A DNA stretch of 64,000 nucleotides, from assembly GCF_009914755.1 (NCBI RefSeq), contig NC_060925.1; one strand, 5' to 3'. The notes beneath the pieces are model-generated. The model did no database searches, was not told where the DNA came from, and saw nothing but the letters and a program-made list of their open reading frames with translations. Both the position numbers and the translations under genes were made by a program. Of this stretch, positions 12,950 through 27,990 are shown in pieces (position 1 is the stretch's first letter; each line of letters starts with the position of its first letter). This DNA comes from the human T2T-CHM13v2.0 reference genome, Homo sapiens.

Positions 12950-13900
12950 GCAGAAAGTGGCACCCCTTTGCCTCAGGCACCTCAGTCTCCTCGGGGCTTG
13001 GGGGCATTTTCAGAAGCCACCCGCAGAACCAGCGTCCCGGGCGGCGGCTGGTTTTCCCCTCTTTCCCGGGGGCCCCCCTCTGTCGCTGCGGGGTGCAGCG
13101 GCGGCGAGAGATATCCGCAGCTGGCACCCGGTGTCCCGGGAGGGAGAATCGGGGTCTGTCGCGGGCCCTGCGACCAGGAGGCGACTGTGCCCTCAGCAGC
13201 TGCCCCGCGCCCGCCCCGCCCTCAGGCCACTAGAGGCAACCTCGCAGCGACTCCGGTGCCCCCCCAAGTCTCCCTGGCAGGGCGGGCTGTCCCCACCGGC
13301 CAGGGCAGGCAGCGGGCGGCCGCTTGCTCTGCACCCGCAGGCTCCGCGCCAGCCGCGCCTTCCCGGCCACGCGGCCGCCCGCGGAGTGTTCCCGCCGCGC
13401 AGACAGGAGGCGTGGGGCCAGGCAGCACAGCCAACAGCCTCTGTCCGCGTCCTCCCGCGGGGCCTCGCGCGGGCGGGGGTGAGAGGGGAGCGGCCCGTTG
13501 CGCTGCCTGGGGGTCGCCAGGGCCTTCGTGCCAAGGCCGCTTCCGCGAGGCGGGGTGTGTCCAGCAGGGCACCGGCTGTTAGAGCCGCGGGGGCCTGCAG
13601 CCTGAGGGTGGAGGGAGGGCGGGCTCGCGGGAGTTTTGCAAACCCCGCCCCCAGCACACGCGCGCACGCGTACACGCACACACACTGCTGGGCTCACCCT
13701 GCCTTTGAGAAACGCACGGCTGGGGAGGCGGACGGGGCCTACTGGTGCACCGCACGGTCCCGGGCCTTGCTGAAAGGTGATGTGGAGGCGGCGCGCCGAG
13801 CCAGACTGGGAGGATGAGCTGGAGCTGGCCGGAGGGATGGGGAGGAAGTGGGGCGACCTATGGACCCTCATGTCCGTGGGGCGGGGGCGGGGTGTGCAGG
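12950..13900. promoter_or_regulatory. CpG island / promoter with multiple GC boxes
   Basis: Very high GC and dense CpG (gcgc, ccgc runs); GGGCGG boxes around 13209-13220, 13281, 13313, 13471, 13617 and 13878-13892. Confidence 0.88.
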
Positions 13901-16900
13901 AATGAGTACCTGGTGCATGAGTGTCCCCAGCTTTCAGGCGTGCTGGAAAAACCGCAGGCCGGCTCGAATTTTGGAAACCAGTGTTAACCAGGACTTCAAG
14001 GACCTGCCTTCGTTGGGCTGTCCCTCGCCTTGCCCTGCCAGCTACGCAAATGTTCCAGAGCTCTGTTGAGGTCATTAAATCACCCTGAATCCATACGGCA
14101 ACACTGCGAGAGAGAGACTATTATACCAGGCTAACGCACGAGGAGTCCGAGGCTCAAAGGTTAATTCACAGATAGATCCAAGGTCTGGGAGCCAATCAAA
14201 AGCGGAGGCAGGATTTGAACCTGGCCCTCTGTGACTTCCAGCCAGCATCCTTCCACCCTCCTGGGTCCCTCTGCAGCTCACCTCCCTTGGAGGCCCTCGA
14301 GCAGCTCTGGAGGCCCTGCTTGGCCTGCCCGCCACTGACCTTCACCAGGACGCAGGGGCTCTCATTTTGGTTTTTCTTCTGGGAAGTGGGGCTGGAGAAG
14401 AGCAGGCAGATCCCTTTCCAGGGCAGTGTTTCCAAACTGCAGGCACAATTCACTCATGGGTTATAAAAGCAATTTTGTGGGTTGAGACCAACATTAAATT
14501 AAAATAAAAATTAGAGTGCTTTATACAAGCCAAGGGTAGGTTAGGTTTTGAGAAATGCTTCTGCAAGTGTGTACCGAGTTGTAATTTAAAGTGGGTTATG
14601 GCTCTGTTCTGCGGGGAGGCAGAAGAAACCCTCAGGGCTATGGCCTGGCCCCTGGGGTAGTGGGGAAGAGGCCTCCATCCTAGATGCCCAGGTGTCCTGG
14701 GCAGCTGTTTGTTTCCACCTCTTTTCCGGGTGTGCCAAGAAGAGGCCTATGACCCAGGAGAGGAGGGCAATGATGCGACTGTGGACTTCTTAGTCTTCCA
14801 AACTGCCTCTGGGCACAGGATTCTTGTGTGGGTATTATTGGCAGGAGCTTTGTTTGTTGGCTCCTGGATCCCACTAGCCCCAACTTCACCCATCCATGCA
14901 CCCACCTACTCTCTCATGCTTTATGCATGTGCCTTGGCTGGAATGCCTTTTCCCTGTCCCCCCACAAACCCCGTGGCAGCCTTCAAAAATATTAGAGGTG
15001 TCTGTCTCTGGAAGCATTCCCGATACTGCATGCTGACTTCGGCTCCTCCCCTTAAATCCCATAGGATCTTGTACCAAGGGCTCTTTATTGTGACTCTTTA
15101 GGTAGAATTGCTTGTTTATCCTCCACTAAACTTACCTGGCAACAAGTGGACTTCCCTAGTTCATCTACCCAACCCATTTCCCACCCCAAGTCCCCAGACT
15201 AGTTCTGGAGCGACTCAAAAGGCCCTGCTGCACCTGCATGAACAGGCCTTCCCCTTTCTCCCTCCCTCCCCCACATATCCGCAGAGAAGTTTCCCTCTTT
15301 CCTACAAAGCCAGAGCACCTGCTTAGAAATGGCAAGAGCCTTCCTTGGCAAGAAGCTCTGCCCAGCGCTCTCTGGCTGTGGGTTGGCCAGGTCGGAGTGC
15401 TGGACCCTGAGGAAAGGGGCTGCGGGGACTGGCGCTGATATGTGCCCATGGAGCCAGGGCTTAACAGCTGCCCTGCCAGTCCTGGAGGGTATCCGGAGCT
15501 CTCCTGTGGCTGCCAGGCTGCCTGCCGGGCCTGCCTTTGTCTTGTCCTTCTGCAGTCTGGGCTCAGGCCCCTACTCACAGTGTGGAGCTGCCCTTAGGGT
15601 TCTGGCCCAGTGCCAGGCACTGGGGAGGGGCCTGTCCTGCCCTTAGGATACCCTCATCCCCAGGATGGATACAGCTTTGGTTGTGAAAAAAGGCCAGCGT
15701 GCAGGGCTACAATGGAAGCCCCAAGGCAGGAGGCCCCACTCTACCTAAGGAGCAGAAAGGCTCCCAGGAGAGCCAGCTCTAGGACCCCATGCCCCCCAAG
15801 ACCCCAAGCTCACCAGCCTCCATCCAGCTCTGGTGTTAACTCAGGAACAAGGGGTGCTGGCAGCCATGGGAGTGGCATTCAGAGGCCACAATTTTCATTC
15901 TCATCCTGAGCTCCCCAGACTAAGTCTCCAGGCTTTTCTGGGTTTATACAGTAAGGGGTTTGGCTCATTTACTTTTTGCTTATTTCCAGCCAAATACACA
16001 AAAGCTCCAAAACATTTATCAGCAAGGCGGACCTGTGTGAAACCCTGAGCCAGTAGATCTCTTGAACCCTACAGTGGACTTGAAATGCGGTCAAGTCCAA
16101 GGCAACTGATATCCATGCTTTATCCCAGGTACTTCTAGTTCAGTGCTTTAATCTGCCACTAACTGGCACCGCTTTTGTGACCCCTCTCCCCACTCCTCAG
16201 CCTTATGTTACCACTTCTCATGTTAGAGGGATGGCTTAGTGAGACATCTGCTTGCCACCACTGAAGTCAGGCCAGTGTGTTTTCTCTTCATGGAGGCCTT
16301 GTATGGTCCAGGCCAACCTGGGCTCCAATTCTGTCTCTACCACTTACTAGTTGTAGCCTTAGACAAATTTCTTTATTGCTGCATGCCCCAGTTTTCAGGT
16401 GTAAAATTGGTCTCAACAGTATTTCCCTCGTCGGGTTGAGAACTGAATGAAAATGTTTTGCTCCTCACGGCATCCCTACAGCCTTGGTCAAAGACCTACC
16501 CCACACATCAGATTTGCATCAAATATTGGCCAGAACTATTGGCTACTGTTTAGATAAAACTTTCAGGAAGTTTAGAGTTACTGACCTCATCGAAGGCCAG
16601 CCAATCTTACTGTGCCAGGAGAAAGCATCTGATGGTATGTGAGCAAGTGGGCTGGGAAGGGAGGTGGGGAGAAAACACCATCCAAAGAGGCTGGAATCGG
16701 AAGTGCGTGCCCACACTGGCTTCTGGAGCCCGTTGCCCCCTCTCTGAGGTGCATCTGTGGTGATGCTTGCTCAGGCTCAGCCTGCCCCTGCACAAACAGC
16801 TGCTGCTAACGCTCCGTGTAGCAGCACCTGGGCAGGTGGGCATACAGCTGACATCTGGAGGTGCCAAGGATCATTTACTGATTTGAAATTTGTCCTCTAG

Positions 16901-17773
16901 GACAGTGACCTATTATGGTGGCATGGACAGGCCTTCCCTTCCTGTGAGTTTCATTTTTGCCTCAGGTCTTGCCTTTTAACATTTTGGGACCTTTGCAATG
17001 ATGGCAAATGAGTTTTGCTGCACAGCAAAGCCGTGAGTAGAATCGAGTCACTGTCCACCTGTGGAACTGGACCCCTCAGCCTTGCAAACTGTGTCCCTCT
17101 GCCAAAGCGACACAGTCCATGTTTCTCCCTCGGGTAGGGGAGATGATCTACTTTTATTAGAGGATACATATAACCCTAACTCTCCAAGCACTCGTTTCTC
17201 TGGCGAGGCTGGTCAGTATGTTTATTTGCCATCACCTTTTCTCCGTAGCTATTACGTCTGGGAGAAATCAAGCTAAGGACTTAGCAAGCTCTGATATGGC
17301 ACATTCCGTGCTAGGCATGAGGGTCACAGTAAGCAGCTCTGCCTCTCACCACCTGTGTGACCTTTGGAAAATGACTTTTCTGTGTCCCAATTTCCTTACC
17401 TGCAGATTTGAGGTAATAGATGAGGAAACTTCTCATTTTTAGAATTCTATGTGTTAGTACAGACAAAGTACTTAGAACAGTGCCTGGCACATAGAAATTA
17501 ATATCAGTGAGGATGATGATGGCAAATGGAATGATCAAGATCTCTCTGCCCTTAAGGGCCTTACGTAGCCTCATCACCTCATCCCACATAGAATTTAGGG
17601 CAGGCTCTCTCAACTACCAATTTGCTTGGACAATAGTCTTGTTTGCCAGCACTTCAGTGAGCAGGGGAATGAAGGACTCAATTCCTTTCTGTTCTGGTCT
17701 GTCTGTTCTCCCAAGCTCATTGTCTCAGTTGAAACTCTGTGCTGTGTAATATTTTGCATACACAGTATGGTTA

Positions 17774-20060
17774 TGTATTGGTCCATTTTTATGCTGCCAA
17801 TAAAGATATACCTGAGACTGGGAAGAAAAGGAGCTTTAACTTGACTTATAGTTCCACATAGATGGGGAGGATCATGGTGGAGTGTGAAAGGCACTTCTTA
17901 CATGGCAGCAGCAAGAGAGAAATGAGGAGGAAGCAAAAGTGGAAACCCCTGATAAACCCATCAGATCTCGTGAGACTTTTTCACTATCACAAGAATAGCA
18001 CTGGAAAGACTGGCCTCCATGATTCATTTACCTCCCCCTGGGTCCCTCACAACACATAGGAATTCTGGGAGATATAATTCAAGTTAAGAGTTGAATGGGG
18101 ACACAGCCAAACCATATAATTCCACCCCTGTGCCTTCCAAATCTCATGTCCTCACATTTCAAAACCAATCATGCCTTCCCAACAGTCCCCCCAAAGTCTT
18201 AACTCATTTCAGCATTAATCCGAAAGTCCACAGTTCAAAGTCTCATCTGAGACAAGGAAAAGTCCCTTCCATCAATCGAGCCTGTAAAATCAAAACCAAG
18301 CTAGTTATTTCCTAGATACAATGGGGATACAGGTATTGGGTAAATACAGCCATTCCAAATGGAAGAAATTGGCCAAAACAAAGGGGCTACAAGGCCCCAT
18401 GCAAGTCTGAAATCTAGCGGTGCAGTCACACTTTAAAGCTCCAAAATAGTCTCCTTTGACTCCATGTCTCACATCCAATTCACACTGACAGCAAGAGGTG
18501 GGTTCTCATGGTCTTGGGCAGCTCTGCCCCTGTGGCTTTGCAGGGTACAGCCACCCGTGTCACTTTCACGGGCTGGCATTGAGTGTCTGTGACTTTTCCA
18601 GGTGCATGGTGCGAACTGTAAGTGGATCTACCATTCTGGGGTCTGGAGGATGGTGGCCCTCTTCTCACAACTCCACTAGGCAGTGCCCCAGTAGGGACTC
18701 TGTGTGGGGGATCCAACCCCACATTTCCCTTCTGCACTACTGTAGCAGATGTTCTCCATGAGGGCCCTGCCCCTGCAACAATCTTCTGCCTGGGCATCCA
18801 GGCGTTTCCATACATCTTCTGAAATCTAGGTGGAGGTTCCCAAACCTCAATTCTTGACTTCTGTGCACCTGCAGGCTCAACACCACATGGACGCTGCCAA
18901 GGCTTGGGGCTTCCACCCTCTGAAGCCACAGCCCAAGCTGTACATTGGCCCCTTTCAGTCATGGCTAGAGTGGCTGGGACACAGGGCCCCAAGTCCACAG
19001 GGCCCCAAGTCCCTAGGCTGCACACAGCACGGGGACCCCAGGCCTGGCCCACGAAACCACTTTTTCCTCCTGGGCCTCCGGGCCTGTGATGGGAGGGGCT
19101 GCTGTGAAGGTCTCTGACATGGCCTGGAGACACTTTCCCCACGGTCTTGGAGATTAACATTAGGCTCTTTGCTACTTAGGCAAATTTCTGCAGCCAGCTT
19201 GAATTTCTCCCCAGAAAATGGGGTTTTCTTTTCTACTGTATCATTAAGCTGCAAGTTTTCTGAACTTTTATGCTCTGTTTCCCTTTTTAAATGGAATGCT
19301 TTTAACAGAACCTAAGTCACACTTTGAATGCTTTGCGGCTTAGAAATTTCTTCTGCCAGATACCTGAAATCATCTCTCACAAGTTCAAAGCTCCACAAAT
19401 CTCTAGGACAAGGGCAAATGCAGCCAATCTCTTTGCTAGAACATAAGAAGAGTCACCTTTGCACCAGTTCCCAACAAGTTCTTCATCTCCATCTGAGACC
19501 ACCTCAGCCTGGACCTTATTGTCCATATCGCTATCAGGCTTTTGGTCAAAGCCATTCCACAAGTCTCTAGGAAGTTCCAAACTTTCCCACATTTTCCTGT
19601 TTTCTTGAGCCCTCTTAACTGTTCCAACCTCTGCCTGTTACCCAGTTCCAAAGTCGCTTCCACATTTTCGGGTTTCTTTTCAGCAATGCCCCACTCTACT
19701 GGTACCAATTTACTATATTAGTCCGTTTTTACACTGCTGACAAAGACATACCCAAGACTGGGAAGAAAAAGAGGTTTAGTTGGACTTACAGTTCCACATG
19801 GCTGGGGAGGATCATGGCGGAGGGTGAAAGGCACTTCTTACATGGCAGCAGCAAGAGAGAAATGAGGAGGAAGCAAAAGTGGAAATCTGATAAAACCCAT
19901 CAGATCTCATGAGATTTATTCACTACCACGAGAATAACATGGGAAAGACCAGCCCCCATGATTCAATTACCTCCCCCTGGGACCCTCCCACAACATGTGC
20001 AAATTCTAGGAGATACAATTCAAGTTGAGATTTGAATGTGGACACAGCCAAACCATATCA
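17774..20060 (-). mobile_element. Full-length THE1 (THE1C-like) MaLR: LTR 17774-18119, internal 18120-19713, LTR 19714-20060
   Basis: Two homologous ~345-bp LTRs ending ggacacagccaaaccatat(a/c)a; 5-bp TSD ggtta/ggcta. Confidence 0.92.
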
Positions 20061-20547
20061 GGCTACTCGGGGGTTTAAGAATTCATATAACTTGCTCTGC
20101 CAGAGAAAGCACAATTTATAATTCAGATCTTCCAGCAGTTACAAAGTTTTCCTACCCCAGGCAGATGCACACGTCTTTTATCAGAGGGGGTGAGAGGAGA
20201 AGAACGGAGCTGTGCTTAGGTATGAAAAGAACTAAAAACAAAACTAAGAAACAACCTAACAAACAAAAAAACACCCAGGCCAAGGCTCATGGCATCTGCA
20301 CTTCTCTAACGTTGAACAATATTCTTTATATAGTTGTAATGTCTCAAGAGTAACTGAGACTTCATGGTGTAAAAATATTACTTTTAAGGATGGCTAGTTT
20401 TTTGTTTTACACAGTATTTTGGGGGGATTAGGGTTCTAAGTTTATAGTGTCATCAGATTTTATTTCACATTATGATGACAATCAAAGCCATGGATAATGT
20501 TTCATTTTGTAGGGGTTGTTGTTTTACTGTAACCTAAAGTCCACGTA

Positions 20548-20692
20548 GCAGTGGTTCTCAAACTAGAACATGAAACAGAACCCCCGGGAGGGCGTGGTGA
20601 AACACACTGCTGGCCTTGCCTTGCATTTCCAGCAAGTTCTCCATGCAGAGATGCGACTGCTGGTCCCACACCACACCTGGAGACCCACCATA
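20548..20692. mobile_element. MER5-like hAT DNA transposon fragment
   Basis: cagtggttctcaaact...ctgctggtcccacaccacacctggagacccac termini. Confidence 0.55.
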
Positions 20693-22415
20693 CAGAGGAA
20701 ACAAAAATTTACCTGTTTCTGAGGAGTGTAAACCATGGCACTAGGGTTCTGGCCCTCCTCTCTTTATGTAGAGGAGTCAGGCACCATCTGGAAACCACCC
20801 AGGGATTTGTAATTCTAATTCTTGATCCCACTTCTTTGGTTTGTATCTTCTAGTTATTTAACATGAAAACACCATAAGGTTATTTATCCTTGAAAAAAAC
20901 ATAATGGTTTATTCCTGCTGACTTTTGTCACATATTACACATTCTGTCTTTGAATTACACTAATTTCTGATTACGAATGAGCCCATGAGAGGATAGTTCC
21001 AGCTAGAGAAACAGAACCCATAATCGGTTTCAGCTTGTTTTCTCTGGCCCTTTCCTAGATGGCTTCTAGGTCACCCCTCACCCCCAGCATTCTCTGAAGT
21101 CTGTTTGTTGAGAGCTGAGCCCAGCCTGTGTCAGTTAGGAAGTAATCACATGGAGTCTAAAAGCAATTCCAAAAACGTATTAGCAGGACACCTGGCTGTC
21201 CTCTCCTCGCCCCACACAGATGAGAGGGCAAAGATACTCTACTTTCCTAAAGATGAAGACATCTTTAACTGCAGGGTCACAGTTGTCTTTCAGTAGGACA
21301 ATCTCAGCTAAAATCTGCTTTCTGCAGAGCAGGAAAAAACCCTGAACTTGGTCCCACCCCAGGGCTGACAGAAAGCTTGGCTGGAGCGGAGTGCTGGGTT
21401 GCCACGAACGCCAGGGAACAGAGCCTTGGTCAGCAAAGAACAAACCCGGGTGGTCTTAGTCCAAACATACCCCTGAATAACCAAGTGGCCTCCAGGTTTG
21501 ACAGCTCATAACCTTTTAAAAAGTGGTAAAATACAATTTCGCACAAAGTCTGGCTGCAGTTGGCAAACCAGGTGCACTGCATGAAATGTTCATGTGAAAC
21601 CCAAGCAGTAGGGCAGGCAGCTGGAACAAGCGCTGTCTAAGCACAGTTAACGCCCACACAGCCCCAGGGAAGGGCAGCTCTGCACAAAGGGCATGTCTGA
21701 AGGAAAACAGCACCAACATGTTTGTTTATGGCAGAGAAAAACCAAGCTGCTTCTTTCTTCCTCTTCCCCTCAATCTGTATTAATAAAGAGACTTTAATAT
21801 AATAAAGAACTCCCAAATTTATCTAGATTGCAACAACCTGACCAAGGTGCCACTATAACTTTCAGAGCTTCAGTGTTTGCAAAAGGCAAAACACTTCAAG
21901 TCGCCAGCGGTGAGGAGGACGCATGACAAGTTAGCATCAGTCTGCCCCCAGGTAAGTACCTTAGGGTCGTCCCAGAGAAGGTGCAGTTCCTAATGGCCAA
22001 GTCCAAAATGCATTGCACCAAATGGCTACCATGTATGTTGGGGTGAGCTGTAATTGTTTTCATGGCTAATAAGGGTCTGAGCTAAATGATCCCAAGTCCC
22101 TCTGAGTCTGCCCTTAAAGATGATAACTACAGAAGTCAGCTGTTTTGGAGTTTCACCTCCACCCTGGGTTACCAAGCATGGGCTTCCGTCATGAGATTCA
22201 TAGCAATGCTGTTCAGGGCTGAGGGATCATTCTCCTCTACTCAAAACTCTCTTACTGTTCTGGATTCAACACCAGAGAGCACAGTTTCCCAGTGAGCCCT
22301 TAATTAATTGCCAAATAAACAGGTGAGAATGGCATCCTGTTTACATACAGCAGACCAATGTGAGCCCCACAAGAATAAGACCTCACTATTTTAAGTATAA
22401 GCATATTTTTTTTTA

Positions 22416-22806
<391 letters not shown>

Positions 22807-22835
22807 CTAGATCTAACCATTCCACAATTTATGGA

Positions 22836-23042
22836 CAGAAGTAGCCCCTTATCCTTGCTGTCACTTTCCACGGTTTCAGCTACTGGTTCCAAAAATTTAA
22901 ATGGAAAATTCCAGAAATACACAATTCATAAGTTTTAAATTGCTCACTGTTCTTGGTAGCATGAAGAAATCTCACATGGTCCCACTCAGAACATGAATCA
23001 TCCTTTGTCCAACATCTCCACACTATAGATGCTACCTGCCCA
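22836..23042. mobile_element. MER44/Tigger-type DNA transposon fragment
   Basis: cagaagtagccccttatcc...tttccacggtttcagctac...aatggaaaattccagaaat. Confidence 0.55.
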
Positions 23043-23299
23043 CTTAGGCCTGAATCCTAACAGGGATCTCGCTCTGACCGACCTGGTATATATGCGCATG
23101 TGCTTATGTGTGCGTGCTCACACGTGCACACAGAAGTGGAGTGGGGGGTCCTCATTTATCCACCCACAGACTTCTTTGGTAAAACAAGAGGGCTGGATTA
23201 TCAGGGTTTTCAAGACCTCAGAGTTCCCAAGGGCTCCCGTAGGGACAGCTCCCCCTGTGTCTTCTCCCTTCCCCCTACAACCAGAGCAGCACTCTCTAC

Positions 23300-23494
23300 C
23301 AGGGGTGTCCAATCTTCTGGCTTTCCTGGGCCACATTGGAAGAACTGTCATGGGCCACACATAAAATACACTAACAATAGCTGATGAGCTTAAAAAAAAA
23401 TCACAAAAAAAAAACCCTCATGTTTTAAGAACGTTTACAAATTTTGCGTTGGCCGCATTCGAAGACGTCCTGGGCCGTGGGTTGGACAAGCTTG
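23300..23494. mobile_element. MER30 DNA transposon
   Basis: caggggtgtccaatcttctggc ... gggttggacaagcttg termini. Confidence 0.75.
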
Positions 23495-23700
23495 CACTGT
23501 ACTTTGCTTATGAGTTGAGATTACCTATAAAATTCCATCCTGCATTTGCAAACCTGAACGAGAAAGGCTCCAAGTCGTTGGTCTGGAGCTCTAAAGTCCT
23601 GTCCAGGCCCTGGTTCCTGGGTTCTGTAAGAGGAAATGGCAGCTGGGGCCTGGAGGCCTGGGTACAGCTGAGCAGGGAGCACTCGTGTGGGGCTAAATGA

Positions 23701-24078
<378 letters not shown>

Positions 24079-24499
24079 TGACCTCCAATGAGCAATGCTG
24101 ACTTGCACCTGCTGTGGCTTTTGGCAAAACCTGGGAAATCTGGTTGGTGTAGTTCAGAGCGTCCCATCTGCCTGTGCATCTTCTGGACTGTCCCTCTCTC
24201 CCCCAGGAGCCCTTTATCCTCTGCCGCATCCCCCTTCCCCATATCCCCATCTCCTTTCCCATTCTAAATTTGCCCATTCTGTGTCTCACTTCTTGGTAGC
24301 CAGGCCTAGTGACCTGCTTGCTTATGCATAATGACATTAACTTTCCCAGGGATATTTCTAGCTCCTGCATCTCTCTCCCTCCTCCACTGCACTCAAATAG
24401 CCACAGTTTATCAATCAATCATTCCCATTACAGGATAACTCCCCAAGAAGGGAATTATCACACTCCTTTGGCATGCAGTAGGTACTTCACAAATACCTG

Positions 24500-24710
24500 T
24501 TGTCAGAGTGGTATAATGGACACTGGCGACTCAGGAAGGGGAAAGGTGGAAGGTGGGTGAGGTGAAAAAAACCACCTACTGAGTACAACATACACGATTT
24601 GGGTGACAGATACACCAAAAGCCCAGAGTTCACCACTACACGATTCATCCATGCAATCAAAAACTACTTGTATCCCTAAAGCTATATGAACCAAAAAAAA
24701 TTTAAAAAAC
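24500..24710 (+). mobile_element. L1 3' end fragment in the MR1-pseudogene intron
   Basis: cagagtggtataatggacactgg...tacaccaaaagcccagagttcaccactac...A-rich end. Confidence 0.7.
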
Positions 24711-24791
24711 AACCCTGCTGTCAGGTGGGCTTCCAAAGAGGGACCTCCTGGGGACTTAGCGATGCCACAGCAGGCCTGTGGGGTGACGTAG

Positions 24792-25161
<370 letters not shown>

Positions 25162-27624
25162 GTAAAGAGAGGAGGCCTTGTTCCTGCATTGCCTGAACAA
25201 TTGTTTCATAAATCCTCTAATCTAGGTTACATTCACCCTATCCTGAAGCCATCTCTTTAGTTGGCCTGTAGTGATCTCATGGCTAGAGCCCCCTGCGAAC
25301 TTTTGAGCCCTCTGGTTACTTCTGAGCGGCATCTTGACAAGATTTGGCGGTTCCCCTTGTCTTGACAGAGTGGAGTACCTCCAAGGGCACCTTGTTTTTG
25401 GGGATCCATTGAGGCAAATTCTTCCATTCCATCAATAAGCTGGGAAATTCTTTGGGAGGTGGAGCAATTCTTACAAATTGTTTAGTTAACAAAGGGCTCA
25501 CACACCACCAGTAGGAGTGAAAATCTGGATTTAACAGGACAAACAGAGGGTCTCTGCTTTACTAAAGGACTAATGACAAGATTCCTTCCAGCAAAGAGCT
25601 CTTCTTATACCTTAAAGATATGATTCAATTGGTCAACTTTCAGTTAATACAGAACTTTTCATGTATGATCTTATTATTCAAAATGAATTACCCCTGTATC
25701 ATGCTACGGGAAATACCCAGACACACGTGCCTTTCCTCACAGGAGTAGGAGGGATTTTCTCAGCTGTGGCCAACAGCAGGGGAGGTGTCTGGCCACAGTT
25801 ATGAATATGGAGCATCTGCTAAAAGTACAGGCTTTGGAGGCAGATGCCTGGAGTCTGAGCTTCGACTCTCCTGTTCACTAGCTGAAAAACTATCTCTTAA
25901 TGGTTGCAGGTAACAGAAACCTATGTAAACCGGCTCAAGCACAAAGTGGGATGCTATTTTAAAGGTGGGAATCAGGGCAGTGTGGGGACCCGAGAGATCA
26001 AAACCAAGATGTGAATGATTTTATCCAAGAGGTAGGGATGTGGCTGCCAGCACAAAGCTCATATCCTCCATCGCTTCACCACTCCGTAAGAATGGGTGTC
26101 TCTCTCCCAGCTCTGGTTACTAAAAGGAAAAGGAAGTCACAGGAGGACTCTGACGTGCGTTGGATCATGTGGCACCTCTGGGCCTAATCACCGTGACCAT
26201 CAGGATAAGCCTCTAAGACAAGCCATAGCTAACAGTCCTGGCAAGAACTAAATGGTACAACTCAATATGGTTTAAATGAATTCAACAGACAGCATCTGTA
26301 AGGGAATAATCAGAACTGAGGAAACCAGTACGGGATGGTGAAGTGTCCAGAGACGTGTGACAGAGGGAAGCTATTACCTCCACCAGAGCTGAAGGGTAAA
26401 AGAGAATATTGTTATCATAGTCCGGCAAGAGCTGCTACCCTGGCAGAGGATGCTCCTTGTGAGAGCTGTGACCGTGGCCCCTGGCGGGACTGCAGTGAGG
26501 TGGGTTGGGGAATGAAGCCCCAGCCTCTCTCTCCTCCAGCTCTCTGGTCTTTTTTGAGGATGCTCATCGCAGTGGCCAAGCCCAACCAGAGGCCGGGGGC
26601 TCTGGAAGTGCAATCTGATGCGTATAGCCTCCTGGGGCATGGAAGGGCAGAGAAGAGATTAGCTGGGGGCTGATGGGGAGAGCCTAACCAGCACACACAC
26701 TTTTTTAGGCTAGGGCTGGGCAGGAGGATTAAGACTGGTACCTCTCAACACAAGCACATGTTGGAATGGGGTAGGGTAACTTTCCAAAATATGTTGTGTG
26801 TTTGGCAGAAGGGGTTCCTGTTGTTAGAAAAAGTGAGGCTAACAGATGGTAGGCCAAAAAAGCAATAAACTAGAGTAAAATCAACAGGTATGATAATGCC
26901 TACCCCACAGAAATGGATAGGAAAAACGTGCATAAAAGCACTGTGTAAACTGTAGGGCTCTGTTCCCTTTTCATGAGGCCATCAGTCATACTGGATTAGG
27001 GGCCCACCTTACTACTGCAGGATGACCTCACCTTCCCAAATTAAATCAACAACCCTATTTCCAAAGAATGCCACATTCTGAGGTACTGGGGGTTACAACT
27101 TCAACATGAATTTTTTGGGGGAAACAATTCAACTCCTAACACACCCCTACCCAACCTCTGTAGGTTCCCTCAATCCACCAAAACTCCTTTGGCTCCAGTG
27201 GATTATCTAGCAGTTAGGAAACCAAGATCATTAAACAAATTCACTGCAACCACAGCGAGACTGACTACCTTAGCTTACCTCTGTGAGAGGAGTTAAGCCA
27301 AATGAATCTGTAGAATTTTGGCGGGTTTGGGGGTATTTGGGGGCAGGGGACAGATGTTCTTCCTTGAAATCACAATACTTAGTTCTCTTCCATTTATAAG
27401 ACTCACCCCTCCATCCCAACCCCTGCACCACAGGACAAGGAAGTGTTCTTGGCCTTCAACTTTCATCCATGATGGTGAAAGCACTTGCTCCTGATCTATT
27501 TGCCCACCAGCTTCTCCTCTGTAGCCTGAGGCTTCTGATGCCTGCCTGGCTGGTTCTCAGTAAGAACGTCAAGTTCAACCAGAGAGGAGATGCTGATGCC
27601 TTTCAGTAGTTAAATATGAATTCA

Positions 27625-27990
<366 letters not shown>

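Noticed and set aside
12654-14075. Several overlapping 157-286 aa ORFs on both strands
   Set aside because: Expected in a GC-rich CpG island where stops are rare; low-complexity P/R/G/A content with no recognisable domain
18480-19160. 226-aa ORF
   Set aside because: Lies within the THE1 internal region; degenerate MaLR sequence, not a host gene
22170-22187. YQAWAS in ORF 22086..22295 matches a hexapeptide I recall from the MR1 alpha3 domain
   Set aside because: Flanking residues show no Ig-C1 similarity, there are no matching splice sites, and it lies upstream of alpha1; best explained as chance
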